Under the pieces are notes generated by a model. That model was not told the origin of the DNA, searched no databases, and saw only the letters and a program-made list of their open reading frames with translations. A stretch of DNA of 63,168 nucleotides, counting the filler, from Squatina squatina (Eukaryota): the NCBI GenBank assembly GCA_031763465.1. It is 3 parts of 2 records of this genome, joined end to end, with 100 filler letters (N's around TTAATTAATTAA, not from the genome) between each part and the next. Parts side by side here need not be neighbours in the genome. Positions count along the whole stretch, not along the records: positions 18,529 to 42,217 come from JARFOE010000233.1; positions 42,318 to 63,168 come from JARFOE010000192.1; 1 more part is not named here. One strand, written 5' to 3'. The translations under genes and the position numbers were made by a program. Shown here piece by piece: positions 41,100-53,200 of the stretch (position 1 is its first letter; each line of letters begins with the position of its first letter).

Positions 41100-41557
41100 A
41101 AGGAAATGCTGAATTGGTTAAAAGCAAGATATTATCATAAATAAAAGGGAAGTATTAGAGAAGTTATTTAAGCTAAAGGGAAACAAAGTTCTGGGAACTG
41201 ATGGAATACATCCATGGACCGAAAAAAAGGCAAGGTGGGGGGAGGGGGGAGAAACAGCGCAGATTTTAGAAATTATATTTCAGACTTCTATTAAGAGTGG
41301 AATGGCCAATGTAACAACCATTTTCATAAGGGGAAACAGAGCTAACACGGATAATTACAGGCCAGTTTAACACGAATGGTGGGGAGAATTCTGGAATCTT
41401 TCATTAAAATTGATGGTGTTTGACAAATCAGATAGAGTTCTTTGACGAAGCAGCAGATACGGTGGATGAAGAAAATGCAGTGGCTGTAGTGCACGTGGGC
41501 TTCCAGGACGCCTTTGACAAGGTACCACACAGGAGACAATGGAGAAGGTTAAGAGGT
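41100..41557 (+). mobile_element. CR1 ORF2 (RT) remnant
   Basis: LTNQIEFFDEAADTVDEENAVAVVHVGFQDAFDKVPHRR (cf. CR1 LTNLLEFFE...VDVVYMDFQKAFDKVPH), with an upstream NYRPV-like ataattacaggccagtt. Confidence 0.85.
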
Positions 41558-42217
41558 NNNNNNNNNNNNNNNNNNNNNNNNNNNNNNNNNNNNNNNNNNN
41601 NNNNNNNNNNNNNNNNNNNNNNNNNNNNNNNNNNNNNNNNNNNNNNNNNNNNNNNNNCCTCATTGCAGTGTGAACCTTGGTTATACAACAATTTCCATGA
41701 TCCAGCAGCAGGTCTCATTCATTATGGCGTGTAATCGAGGTTTCAATGTAGATAACTTGAATTTTTTTTAAAAAATCAAATGGATTTCTTCGTGTTGTTT
41801 CTGGGCACAATTACCTGGGAGACTTATCTGCCTCAGACAGGCCTAATCAGAACAAATGGCAAAAGCTCTCAAGGCTTTAAAAGCCTGTATGTGGATTTTC
41901 AAAGGCAGCTGAAATTTAAATGTCAGCATGCTTCACTGTAAACACATAAAATCTTTACAATTCTAACAAACCCATTTACTGTTTTTCTCCAGCTTGTCGG
42001 ACCACAACATATTTGTCTGGAAAATAACTTCTTTTAAATGTCATTACTGCTGATGAAAATCAAGGAAATAAAAATAAAATGTCACTCAAAAAATAATAAT
42101 TTCTCCACCTCCCAGTATAATCAACATTCCCATTGATATTCAGAGATCAGTAACTAGAGGGGTTTCTTTTAAAGATCACCAAAAAAAAAACCGAAGGGAG
42201 AGATGAGGATGTTTGTT

Positions 42218-42317
42218 NNNNNNNNNNNNNNNNNNNNNNNNNNNNNNNNNNNNNNNNNNNNTTAATTAATTAANNNNNNNNNNNNNNNNNNNNNNNNNNN
42301 NNNNNNNNNNNNNNNNN
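42218..42317. other. Artificial scaffold spacer (44 N + TTAATTAATTAA + 44 N)
   Basis: Identical construct to 18429-18528. Confidence 0.9.
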
Positions 42318-42523
42318 ACCCCCACCCCGCCTCAAACAGGTCCTGCCTGAGTGAAAGGTGAAAGTGGGCAGTTTGGGGCCGGTCTTACATTTTTACAACT
42401 TTCAATTCCCCCCCCCACCCCCACCCGACCATGCCTCCAGCCACCCATTCTTTCCTGTGAAAATTCTGGCCATTATCTTTTGCAATTTTAACATGTCTTA
42501 GCTGTATTATTTTTTGTTTTTAG

Positions 42524-42641
42524 AACTCCCACTATGGCAGGAGGACTGTTCTCAATAGACAGAGATTACTTTGAGTTAATAGGAACATATGATGCAGGCA
42601 TGGATATATGGGGAGGAGAAAACCTGGAAATATCTTTCAGA
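42524..42641 (+). CDS. GALNT1: Internal exon of a polypeptide N-acetylgalactosaminyltransferase (GALNT1-like; Gal/GalNAc-T motif)
   Basis: Acceptor ttttgtttttag| and donor |gtaagt. Translates [39 protein letters not shown]. The residues DRDY and LEISF favour GALNT1 over GALNT13 as I recall the sequences. Confidence 0.9.
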
Positions 42642-42837
42642 GTAAGTATTCAATCATTTTTTGGAGCAGATTAATCTTATTCAGTATTGCTAGATGTAAG
42701 ATTTATATTGGTGTTTCACAGACTTGTATTGCTTCTGTTAATATTGTAAAGGGCTGATTGCTATATTTTTCATGATTTATTTTTGGTTATATATTTTTGG
42801 AAGATCAGGAAGATTTTTCAGTGATATTAATCCTTGG

Positions 42838-43173
42838 ATGTCAGCCTTGGTTGAGCGGTAGCACTCTCGCCTCTGAGTCAGTAGGTTCAAGTCCCACTCC
42901 AGGAACATGAGCACATAATCTAGGCAGGCACTTTAGTGCAATACTGAGTGAGTTCTTCACTGTCGGAAGCGCCATCTTTCAGATGAGACAACAATCCGAA
43001 GTCCCACCTGCTTTCTCAGGTGTACGTAAAAAGTCTCATGGCACTATTTCTGCTGGTGTCCTGGCAAACATTTATCCCTCAGCCAACACATAAAAGATAA
43101 TCTGGTCATTGCCTTTAAAGAGCTTTGGAACATCCTGGGGTCATGAAAGACCCTATATAAATGCAAGTTTCTT
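42838..43173 (+). mobile_element. DeuSINE (SacSINE1/AmnSINE1-related): tRNA-like head, Deu core, L2-like tail
   Basis: Head tggttgagcggtagcactctcgcctctgagtcag...ggttcaagtccc; core cactgtcggaagcgccatctttcagatgagac...ctcaggtgtacgtaaaag...catggcactattt...ggtgtcctggcaaacatttatccctca; tail ctatataaatgcaagt. Confidence 0.8.
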
Positions 43174-44974
43174 ATTTTGCTCTGTGCCCCTTTTCCTCTT
43201 CTNNNNNNNNNNNNNNNNNNNNNNNNNNNNNNNNNNNNNNNNNNNNNNNNNNNNNNNNNNNNNNNNNNNNNNNNNNNNNNNNNNNNNNNNNNNNNNNNNN
43301 NNATTAGCTCTGAGAGTAATAGCTTTTTTTTAAAAAATTTCAGAAACTGACACTGTTGCATGTGAACAGCAACCAGTGCTTGGATAAATCCACAGAGGTA
43401 GACAACCAGGTGCCCACCATGAAAGATTGCACTGGGAGCCGCTCACAACAGTGGATTCTGCGCAACGTCACACTCCCAGAGGTCTTCTGATGGGTCAGCT
43501 CTGAATATTTAATGGGCTACCTCTGTGCACCTTACTGCTAGATCTGTACTTTAAAATGAACTTTCATCTCGGCAGCGAATAGGTTCCTCCTCTGAGCATG
43601 TGGACTCATTTTGAAGGATGTTCAATACAAAAAATTTTGGTCTTAGAACGGTATTCCTTCTTCGTGGTTTGAGACTACAGACTTTGGAGAAACTGTGCAC
43701 ACTGATGTTTACATGATTGTTTCTAACCAATTTAAAAAGGAGAAAGTGGGGGCTGACAAGATTGTTTAAATCTCACTGAATGAACTTGCACTGTTCATTA
43801 AGCAAATATGGTTTAATCTAGGAAGTGGTTCTGACATATCACTGTTTTTCTGTAAGCAGCATATCGTTGTAATTTAATTGCACAATTGTTGTATTTGTCT
43901 GAAATCGTGACACAACCCCAAAAATGTCCAAATTATCACAACATTTTGGTTTATCCGTGGTAACCAATATTACATAATATCAGAGCAAGAATACAATGAA
44001 TATATACCAAACACANNNNNNNNNNNNNNNNNNNNNNNNNNNNNNNNNNNNNNNNNNNNNNNNNNNNNNNNNNNNNNNNNNNNNNNNNNNNNNNNNNNNN
44101 NNNNNNNNNNNNNNNAAACAAATTCATTTAAATCACTTTTGTATGAATAAAAATCTATTTAACAAGTACATAATTCATTGAAAAGTGAATAATACAATTA
44201 TGATGACTTTAATTTTGTGTAGATTTTTATACCTCAATGAAGAATTAACCAGCTCTGATTTACAAATTGTGAACATTCTGTTTTGTTTGTCATAGCAATT
44301 GTTTCAGTTAACCCTTTCTTAATATGGAATCATAGAAAAGCAGAGGCCATGTAGAGACAGGAAACTGTACAAACATTTTTTTTCAAGTATCTTATTTCAT
44401 TTTTGCCCTTTGTAATTTCTCGTCCTGGTTTTGTAGACTGTTGAATCTTGTTCTTTTGACTCCTTCCCAAATTCTCCTTCCTGAATTATATCTAAGAACT
44501 GCTGCTATGAACCAGTCAAGGAGCATTTCACTAACCAGCTTCTGAAAGACAGTGAATAAATGTTTTTGTATAGTTTGGCTTTATATTCTCGATGAATAAT
44601 GCATTCGCTCATAATGTTAGGAATGTGTGCGGCCTAGGTTCTCTTGGATGTAGATTTTTTTTTTCCTTTTTATATGTTTTGTTTTATAAAACCAATGAAA
44701 TTCACTATAATAAATGCTCATTCATCAGTGAACTGGGCTGCAGCTGGAGTTTTTGCAGGAAGAAGTCTTCACTCCGTCCATATACTGTCTTACCACTCTT
44801 ATCATTTGCATAACTATACTAGATTCTGTGAAATACTGGTGATTTGCTTTTTTTCCTAATAAAATTTTGAAAATGGTTTATCATGTGTGTTTTCTACCTA
44901 ATATATCAGATAGCAATAAAATATCCAATTCATACAAGGCTTGTGTTAACTTTATTTTGGGTTTCTTTCCTTCA

Positions 44975-45290
44975 TTTTCTCCCCTTTTCTCTCCTTTCCT
45001 GTGAGCACTAACTCTTCCTTGGATATAATTCCATGGATTCCAAACACCTCCCAGTACTAATCTTTAGTAGCCATTTTCATGTATTCCCCTCGACGGCAAG
45101 AGTCGTCATGCTATTTGACCATGAAGAGGCCGAGCCTGTCCTCACCTGGCCATGCATTCACAACCTTCTAGCAGGGGTTATTTAAAAACTGTTCCTTCCT
45201 CCTTAACTTGTGCACTGAAGACAATTGTAACACCTCAACCGCCAACGCAGCTAATTCCGCACTGACTGGAAATTGAGCTGCGACTCTTAA
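44975..45290 (-). mobile_element. Degenerate SINE-like repeat (second family)
   Basis: Shares colinear blocks with 58260-58665: gccatt..tcatgtattc, tatt..accatg.aga, cctgtcctca.ctg, gcactga.gac.aattgta.ca. Confidence 0.5.
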
Positions 45291-45534
45291 TCAGTGGATT
45301 TATTTCAATCTTTTGCAACATTGGAATTCTATTATGCTATTTTATATTCCCTATTGTAGCATTTATGCTCAGATTTGGTAGTAACCTATTCATTTGTGGT
45401 ATATATTAATGTTTTTGTCACCAAAAATGAGGACAAAAGTTATTGTATTGATCAGTTTGGGTCAAGAATTCAGACTAAATTTTTTTTATGAACAATATCA
45501 TTAAAATAATAAGCCAGCATTAACCTACGAACAA

Positions 45535-46200
45535 TGACGGATTGGCAGAGACCCATTGGTCCATCCAGCCTATCCCACACAACTGCAATGCTTCGTGTAT
45601 CACAATATACGCACTCCATTTCTCACTTGAAAGAATTTAACAAATCAGCCTTCACCCCATGAGATGCCAACCTGTTCCACTGGTCGTCTAACCTCTGGGG
45701 AAAGTACCACCACCTCGTTCTGGTGATTGATAACTTGAAATTGTGAACCCTGGTCTTTTGTAATATATTTAATTGAAATAAACTGTCTATACAAATATAG
45801 TCTCTTCCCTTCATCTTTTCGACCTCTGATCAAATCCCCCTCCCATATCTGCATTTCTGTAAAGCATAGACTCCTAGCTCTTTGAGCCTATATAGGTAGC
45901 TATGATGTTTTAAACAGGGTATTAATCTTGTGGATTCCCTGCGCCTTTTCCAAAGCTTCAATATCATCCACCATGTGAGAAGACCAAAACTGGACACTAT
46001 TCTAACTGAAGCCTAACTAAGGCCTTGCACAAGGACAAAATAGTATGCCTTGTCTTGTAGTCAATTGTCCTATAAGTACACCCCCCATTCACTCTAGCTA
46101 TCACTTCACAACAATGATCATGAACCTTTAGTGATCTATTCACCAGAACGAACAGATCTTTCTCGTTCCATTGGCTTTAGTGCTTTTCCCTCAAGGGTGT
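45535..46200 (-). mobile_element. Degenerate CR1-like LINE 3' region
   Basis: Minus strand shows YFPQRLDDQWNRL...DLLNSFK (cf. FFSQRVV..WN.LP...L..FK), and agtgtccagttttggtct corresponds to the CVQFWSP motif. Confidence 0.7.
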
Positions 46201-47714
46201 ATGTATGTTCAGCATGAAATTAAAATTATTTCTAATAATGCAACATTGGGATTTAATTTTCAGTCTCCCTTAAAGCACATTTTGCTCAGTTTATTCTCCA
46301 GCAGAATTTCCCCCAATTTATCCTCCCCATCTTGAGCCTTGTTCTTTTAGATCCTTAGATCATAATGTACAGTGTTACAAGGTCTGGAGAGATTGATGTG
46401 TGCTTGTGATGGGGCTGCTTCCTGCTTCTCTCTGGTGCTAGGTTTCTCATCTTTGGATACGTCTCACAAGGAGAAAGGGAACATGCGTTAGTACAGGGAG
46501 TGCAGCCCAAGGCACTGCACACAGTAATGAAGCCACTCTTGTACCTTGCAACAGAGAGGCAGAAGTGGCTGCATTAATCACTGACTGTTACACATGACAT
46601 TGAAGCAAAACCTTGCCTTGTTGGGCTGGCACAAAGCCATCAAGCCCTTCCTCACCCATTCCCTTAATCGTTACATCCCAATCACTTGGAGTCCCTGCTC
46701 CACGCAGTGGGTGAAGGATCACAAATTGGCTGAACCACCACCAATGTGGGTTTTCGGTGTTTATGTTCTGCTTTCTCTCTTGAAAAGAAACCCTGAAACA
46801 TTAGGGAGTTACATTTCCGTGGGGGTTCTCTTGACCATCTGCCACACCTTTGGCAAACAATCTGGAAATCCTGGAAAAGTGGCATAAGCACTCATGGCAA
46901 ATGATTGGAAATTCTGCCTTAGAGAGTAACATGAGGGTTACCCCAATGAGCAGCTGGTGTGAAAGGATGATAATTGTTCTAGGAGCCATAGTGTGAGAAA
47001 TCCTGCCAGAGTTGTGTGAGTGAAAGAAAGCTATATTTTTGGCAGAGTTGGTGCTGCAGTTTCAGGTATTCAGGAGGTTGAAGAGGTGGGACCAGTGGTT
47101 TCCAGGTGGAATTCCAAATGTGGCAGCATACTGTGGGCGAAGTGCTTGATGCATACATAGTCCAGGCATCCCCTTACTTTGAATGGCCACCTATTAATCT
47201 TCCCTACTTTGGCACTCTTCCTCAGCACTTTGTATTCATTTGCACCCATGGATGATGCACTGAGGAAACAGCATTCACACAGCACACTACCTCCTATCAT
47301 GTTTCTTGTATTCAGATGGAGTGATCGGAACCGATTTAAATTGAACTGCATGTTGTCCATCGGCTCAATGACCAGTTTATGCTGGAAATCCAAATCAAAA
47401 AGTGTCAATTCTGGGGAATCAGTTGTTAAACCCAAGATGCCCCATGTGCCAAACTAAGCTTGCCACTTTGAGCAGATCGCTGTCAGCTGGTTAAATTACC
47501 ATTGAGCGGTGCTGAGAGAGCCTTCACCATAATGCCGTGCTTGGAACCTGAGCATGCTACTGCTCAAATACTACAGATATACTGACGGGGCAGGGAATTT
47601 AAGCCGCGCAGAACNNNNNNNNNNNNNNNNNNNNNNNNNNNNNNNNNNNNNNNNNNNNNNNNNNNNNNNNNNNNNNNNNNNNNNNNNNNNNNNNNNNNNN
47701 NNNNNNNNNNNNNN

Positions 47715-47848
47715 GGTATCTTTGGGGGGTCAATTGTGCCTATTTGCAGGGACAGGCCCTCCCTGTATGCTCTCACTGCCGCCACCAGAGTATGCAGGGA
47801 TGTGTCGGAAAATCGGGGTGCAGCCCTCTGCCTTTGAGTATCCGTCAT
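47715..47848 (-). pseudogene. 5' part of a Harbinger Myb/SANT-like DNA-binding ORF
   Basis: MTDTQRQRAAPRFSDTSLHTLVAAVRAYREGL, the typical N-terminus (RF[ST]D..L..LV..V..RRE.L) of Harbinger Myb-like proteins. Truncated by a gap. Confidence 0.7.
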
Positions 47849-48137
47849 TGATAGTTTGGAACTGTACTCAGACCTTTCTATTTCACCTTCCACATTCCTC
47901 TCGCAACCTTCAATTGAGTTGTGTGCAAGGCTGCTTTAAATATCAGTGCTAGAAAAAAGTCACCGATGACGTCATCTGACCCGCTCCATTTAATTGGGTC
48001 GGGAAACGTGCATGACTGCTTTATGTGGGGCCATTAAGTTAAANNNNNNNNNNAAAGTGCTGAGCAGAACATTGCGTTCCCGATCCGCTATGCGGCACAC
48101 ACGCACCCAACTCGACTCCACTGTAAAAATTTCGATC

Positions 48138-49790
48138 ATATTCTTTCTTAACAATGGGAGGAAGGAGCCTGCAGCTGAGAGCAAGAAGGCGTGGTTGGAG
48201 GTCAGCAACAGGAGCGTGGTTATACCCTCCTGGATTTAGGCAAAAGCAATTTAATGACCCAAACAGGTCAGGAAAGGTGAGTACAGTGGCACGTTCACCT
48301 ACATCCCGCTGTGCGCATCACCCCAATCCCTTACTCTGCCTACTCCATCGCATCACACCTCACACCCACTTACCTTGCAGGTGCACCCATCGTTCTCTTA
48401 CTATGCACTTCCTCACATCCCCATCCATCCTCCGTTACTTCCACTCACCCTCATACTTATGTAATGTCATACCTCTCCCTCATAGTCCCCTCACCAAATG
48501 CACTCCATCCATCAGATGAGAACAGATCATTACACTCTCTCGTAGGTCTGTTCTTTCCCTCCATGCAGGAGAAGAGAGCACAGTACACCAGGGAAAGGGA
48601 GAGAACCGGAGAGGGTCCTCGACATATTATGCAGCTCACAACTGCAAAGGAGAAGGCGCTGGAGTTGACTATTGGAGATGGGGAGCTCCCAGCATCCTGA
48701 TGACACAGTTAAGTAAAAGCCACCAACATGTCGTATGGCATACAGTCATACTGACTTGGTTTCAACAACGAATGAAATATGCATAATGATAACTTGCAAT
48801 GTTCTTACCTTGCCACGACTAATTCGTGTTTTTTCTTAATCTCCCATAGGGCCTTCACGCATGCAACAGGAGTCGATGGATGTGGTGGGCAACAAGTCCT
48901 CACAAGAGCAGAGTCCTTCTGAGGATGCACCGCCACAGGACTCATCCATTACCATTCCCCAGCTTAGCTACTCACATTTTGGTGGGACCAGTAAGTTGGG
49001 TTTTTCACCTAGTAACTCACTTCAGAAGTGAGCAAGAGCAGATGGTGGAGACAGAGACAGCAGTGGAGAGTTTGTGTCAGAGGGCAAAGCCCTCTTCAAG
49101 CTCTACTCAGCTGGATACAGATGCTGTACCCCGGGGGCCATTGATGAAGAGGAGAATCATTGAGCAGAAGCAGACAATGTGCGATGCAGTAACTGGCCTT
49201 CAATGTGAAATCACCATGATTGCAAAGAGATTGGAGGTGTCCATCTCAGGCATGAGGTGCTGATGTCACAGGCTACTGAGATGATGTCTTCTTCCATAGA
49301 TAGAGCGGATCAGCGTACACTCCAATCAAATGAGTCTATGCACGCATTCAAAACCACAGGGAAGACTCTAGATGTCAACATGTCTGCCACCTTAAATAAG
49401 CTGATAGATACCTCAGCCTTGACCTTACAGTGCTGCACAGATCTACACCAAAGTGTTCCCTAGTACAGTGGTAGCAGTGAAGTGTGGCTGGACCATGAGA
49501 AAGATCATGGCGAAAGGGGTCTTGGAAGTGGGGACTTCACTCAAAATGTTTTGACTTCTCACCTACAGCCCACCTCTCAGTCAGTATCCCACATACTGTC
49601 TCGTCTCCCAATGGCCGAGTCTACCCCAACACAGGTGCAGGTGGAACAGTCTTTGTCAGGGCCCTCACGGGCTCCAAAATTTAGAGGTTGTCAGCCAAGA
49701 GCTTCTCAGCAGTCCCATTTAAGCAGCCTGCCTCTACCTCTGCTGAAGTTACAGAAGTTGCACTACATAGGAGCGGTAGGAAAAGAGTAA
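48138..49790 (+). pseudogene. Decayed, intron-containing Harbinger Myb/SANT-like gene
   Basis: Exon IFFLNNGRKEPAAESKKAWLEVS...SWI*/KQFNDPNRSGK ending |gtgagt (48276), then ccatgcag|EKRAQYTRERERTGEGP (48569; cf. W..C.K.FNDL...K.K.....RE...TGGGP), then a third acceptor cccatag| (48849). Contains stops and frameshifts. Confidence 0.75.
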
Positions 49791-50111
49791 AGCTTTGTAA
49801 TTGCACAAAAGTACACATTTGGGTGTTTGACAAAATCTTATGCTCAGTTTCCATTGTTTAGTAAGATCACATAAGATTTATTACTTTGCATCACTTTCCC
49901 GTGTTTGCTGTTCTTGGTGGCCGGGTAGCAAGAGGGGATGTGCAATGGATGGATGGTTTGTTACAGGACTGCTTTGTGTCAATGGGATGGGGGCAGGAAG
50001 AGTGGCTGTTTNNNNNNNNNNNNNNNNNNNNNNNNNNNNNNNNNNNNNNNNNNNNNNNNNNNNNNNNNNNNNNNNNNNNNNNNNNNNNNNNNNNNNNNNN
50101 NNNNNNNNNNN

Positions 50112-50421
50112 CCCCCCAGGCTCACCCTTCCCTACCTTTCAACCTTCCTGAATCCTACATCGCAGCCAACACTCTTTTCTTCCACCGTTAGTCTACCCTT
50201 CCCTCCACTCTACCACCATCGTTGGCAGAGTTTTCAGGCATTTTGTCCCCGGAATCTGAAACTCCCTCTCTAAACCTCTTCATGTTGCTACATCTCTCCC
50301 CACCTTCCAAGTTCTTTTGGTCACTTTGACTGCGCTGTTGGTCACCTTCCCTAGTTCGCCTCCTACTTCTATGCCATGGGATATCTTGCTATATTAAATG
50401 CGCTTATATAAATGCAGGTTG
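50112..50421 (+). mobile_element. L2 LINE 3' end
   Basis: caccatcgttggcagagttttcag...ctgaaactccctctctaaacctct...gcgcttatataaatgcaggttg. The tail matches that of the DeuSINE. Confidence 0.7.
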
Positions 50422-50670
50422 TAATATAAAAGGAGAAAATGACAGAGCAAGTTTCATTGGCAAATAGTCAAAAAAATATAAAGCACATCTTTAAAATGAT
50501 AAAAGTACAGCTAACAAACAGATTATTTAACTTGAACTATAATCATTGAACTACAGTTGCATGTACATGATAAAAAAACACTGACTGCACCTAAAGATGA
50601 GAAGAATTCAGCTACCACAGAACAATCAATCTGAAGAACGAACTCCCAAGAACGGCATGCTTTACCATAC

Positions 50671-50950
50671 AGGACCTTAAAATTAGAACTAGGCCATTCA
50701 GGGATGATACTAGAAAGCACTTTTTCCACAAAAAGTGTAGGGGAAATCTGAAACTCCATCAAAAAGCTGTTTAGGCTCGGGGTCACTTGCAAATTTCACA
50801 ACAGAGATTGATAGATTTTTATTAGTCAAGGGTATTAAGGGTTATGGAACCAAGACAGGAAAATGGAGTTAATATAAATATCAGCCATAATCTAATTGAT
50901 TGGTAGAACAGGTGGGAGGGGTTGATTGGCCTACCTTTGTTCCTATGTTG
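50671..50950 (+). mobile_element. CR1 LINE 3' end
   Basis: Colinear with 32318-32672: ccattcaggg...tttccacaaaaagtgtagggg...gattgatagattttt...aagggttatgga...atcagccataatctaattga...ggcctacc...ttcctatgtt. Confidence 0.75.
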
Positions 50951-51308
50951 CTAATGCTGGATGCTAAAACTTTATGCCAAAGCAAAAACTGAGTGATTGC
51001 ACAGCATTAGGACAAATCAGTAAAGACAAGCATAAAAAATGTAACAAGATTATAAAATAAAAGGGGAAATCATATAAATTAAGCAGAAACAATGACCTGA
51101 ATTTAAGTGTGCGATGCACTGGGAATGGTGGGGGGGTCCGATAATGCACCGGAAACGCTGAAGGAAGTTCAGCGCGTCTGTCAGTGGCTTTTTAAATCTG
51201 CCACCTCATTATCATTTTACTTCTGGGTTTCCCATCCAATCAGCGCACAATCCAAAGATGCAAGTTGAAGGAATTTGAAGTTGGAAGGGAGACACAATTA
51301 AATAAAAG

Positions 51309-51934
51309 GCTCAGCTGGACACAAACGCTGTACCTTGGGGGGCAATCAATGAAGAGGAGAATTATTGAGTAGCAGCAGACAATGTGTGATGCACTGACAG
51401 GCCTTCGAAGCAGACTCACCACAATTACAGAGAGACTGGAGGAGTCCACTTCAAGCATGAGGGGTGCTGATGTCAAAGGCCACTCAGTTGATGTCTTCTT
51501 CCATGGATAGGGTGGGCAGCGCCACGGACCATCAAGCGTTCCAATGAAATGAGCCCATGCACATGTTCAACACCATCGTGCAGACTCTGGATGCCAACTT
51601 GTCTGCCACCTTAAATAGTTTGACAGATACCTTAGCTTTGGCCTTACAGCACTGCACAGATCTGCAAAAAAGTGGTCTCCAGCACAGTGGTAGCAGTGAA
51701 GTACGACTGGATTATGAGAGCGATGATGACGAAAGGGTCATGGAAGTGGGGATTCCACTCAAAGCGCTTCCACTTCTCACCCACAGCCCACCTCTCAGTC
51801 AGTAGCCTACATGCTGCTGAGTCTCCCGATGATCCTGCAGGTGGAACAGCCTATGACGAGGCCCTCATGGGCTCCAAAACCCAGAGGATGTCGGCCAAGA
51901 GCATCTCAGTAGTCAGAGCAAGGATCTGATCAGC
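51309..51934 (+). pseudogene. Second copy of the 3' exon of the Harbinger Myb-like gene
   Basis: Colinear with ~49106-49730: ctcagctgga.aca, atgaagaggaga, agcagacaatgtg.gatgca, tgtctgccaccttaaata, acagtggtagcagtgaagt, caggtggaacag, gggctccaaaa. Confidence 0.75.
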
Positions 51935-52034
51935 NNNNNNNNNNNNNNNNNNNNNNNNNNNNNNNNNNNNNNNNNNNNNNNNNNNNNNNNNNNNNNNNNN
52001 NNNNNNNNNNNNNNNNNNNNNNNNNNNNNNNNNN

Positions 52035-53200
52035 CCTCATGATGGCCAAGTTGTGAAGTATGCAGCAGACTACTACAAATAAGAAGACATGGTCAGGCAA
52101 GTACTGCAGTACTCTCCCCATCTGTCAAGGCAGCGGAAGCGTTGCTTGAGCACACCGTTGGTTTGCTCGGTAATACTCCTTGTTGCAGCATGGCACTCAT
52201 TGTAAGAGTGCGCGGCTGCAGTGTCGGGGTTCCGAACGGGTGTTATGAGCCATGTTTGCAAGGGGTAGCCCTTGTCTCCCAGTAACCAACCACATGGTGG
52301 GTTTGGACCCTGAAACAGTGTGGGCACCCCACTCTGACACAATATGAAAGCGTCGTGGGCACTGCCCAGATACTGCCTGGGCATTCGCCACCATGATAAT
52401 TCTGTTGTGATCGCACACCAACTGTACATTGAGAGACAGGAAGCCCTTGCAGTTGCGGAACTGCTCTGGATGACTATCTGGTGCACTTATGGCTATGTGA
52501 GTGCAGTCAACTGCACTCTGCACCATTGGAAATCCGACCATTCTGTGGAACCCAGTTGAGCACCCCAGCTGTTTCTCTTTAGTCATGGGGAATGATATGT
52601 ATTGCCGACTTCTTCTGTAGAGAGCATCTGTGACATCTGTGATGGCACGATGAACAGTAAATTGTGAAATGTTACCCATATCTCCAGTGGCTCCCTGAAA
52701 TTATCCATTAGCATAGAGGTTGAGGGCTATTGTGACCTTTACTGCTACTGAGAGATCTGTCCTCATCCTTGTTTGAGGCTCCAGATCTTGAGCGAGCAAA
52801 TGGCATAGCTCTGTAATGATCTCCCTGGAGAAGCGAAGTCTTTGAACACATAGCTCCTCAGATAAGTTAAGGGAATTGTTGATGGAATATCCTGCAGAGG
52901 TAAGGCCTCCTATGCACATTGGCATGGGTCTTTCCTCTACCTTCACCCTCTTGATGGTGTGGAGCTGGTGGGGCTGCGTATGGGTGGGGCTGGCTCCCCC
53001 TTCCTCTGTTGTTTGGTCTGTGCCTGTGCCTAGCTGCTGGTCCCTCTGCAGCTTCGGGTTGTTGCATTTGCTGTGCCTCAACTACCACTCTCTCTCTGCT
53101 GCACCCTTTGATGATGTATTTGCCTCCACCTTCTTCTTCTAAGCAGGTACCTCCTAAGAAGTAGAAGCAGGAGACGGTCGACTGCCAGGACTGCATCCAT
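52035..53200 (-). pseudogene. PIF/Harbinger transposase (HARBI1-like DDE nuclease), frameshifted
   Basis: Across frames: LSEELCVQRLRFSR...LSVAVKVTIALNLYANG*FQ..GD..ISQ.TVHR..GFPMVQSAVDCTHI..FRNCKGFLSLNVQLVCDH..GSAHDAFIL..WLLGDKGYPL..YNECHAATRSITEQTNGVLKQRFRCL..CCILHNLA. The D, D and E catalytic positions are retained. Confidence 0.92.

Noticed and set aside
42838-42905. tRNA gene
   Set aside because: A/B-box-like head without a full cloverleaf, continuing into a Deu core; it is a SINE head.
52035-53200. Domesticated host HARBI1 gene
   Set aside because: Internal stops, several frameshifts, an adjacent TIR-like end and Myb fragments indicate a transposon fossil.
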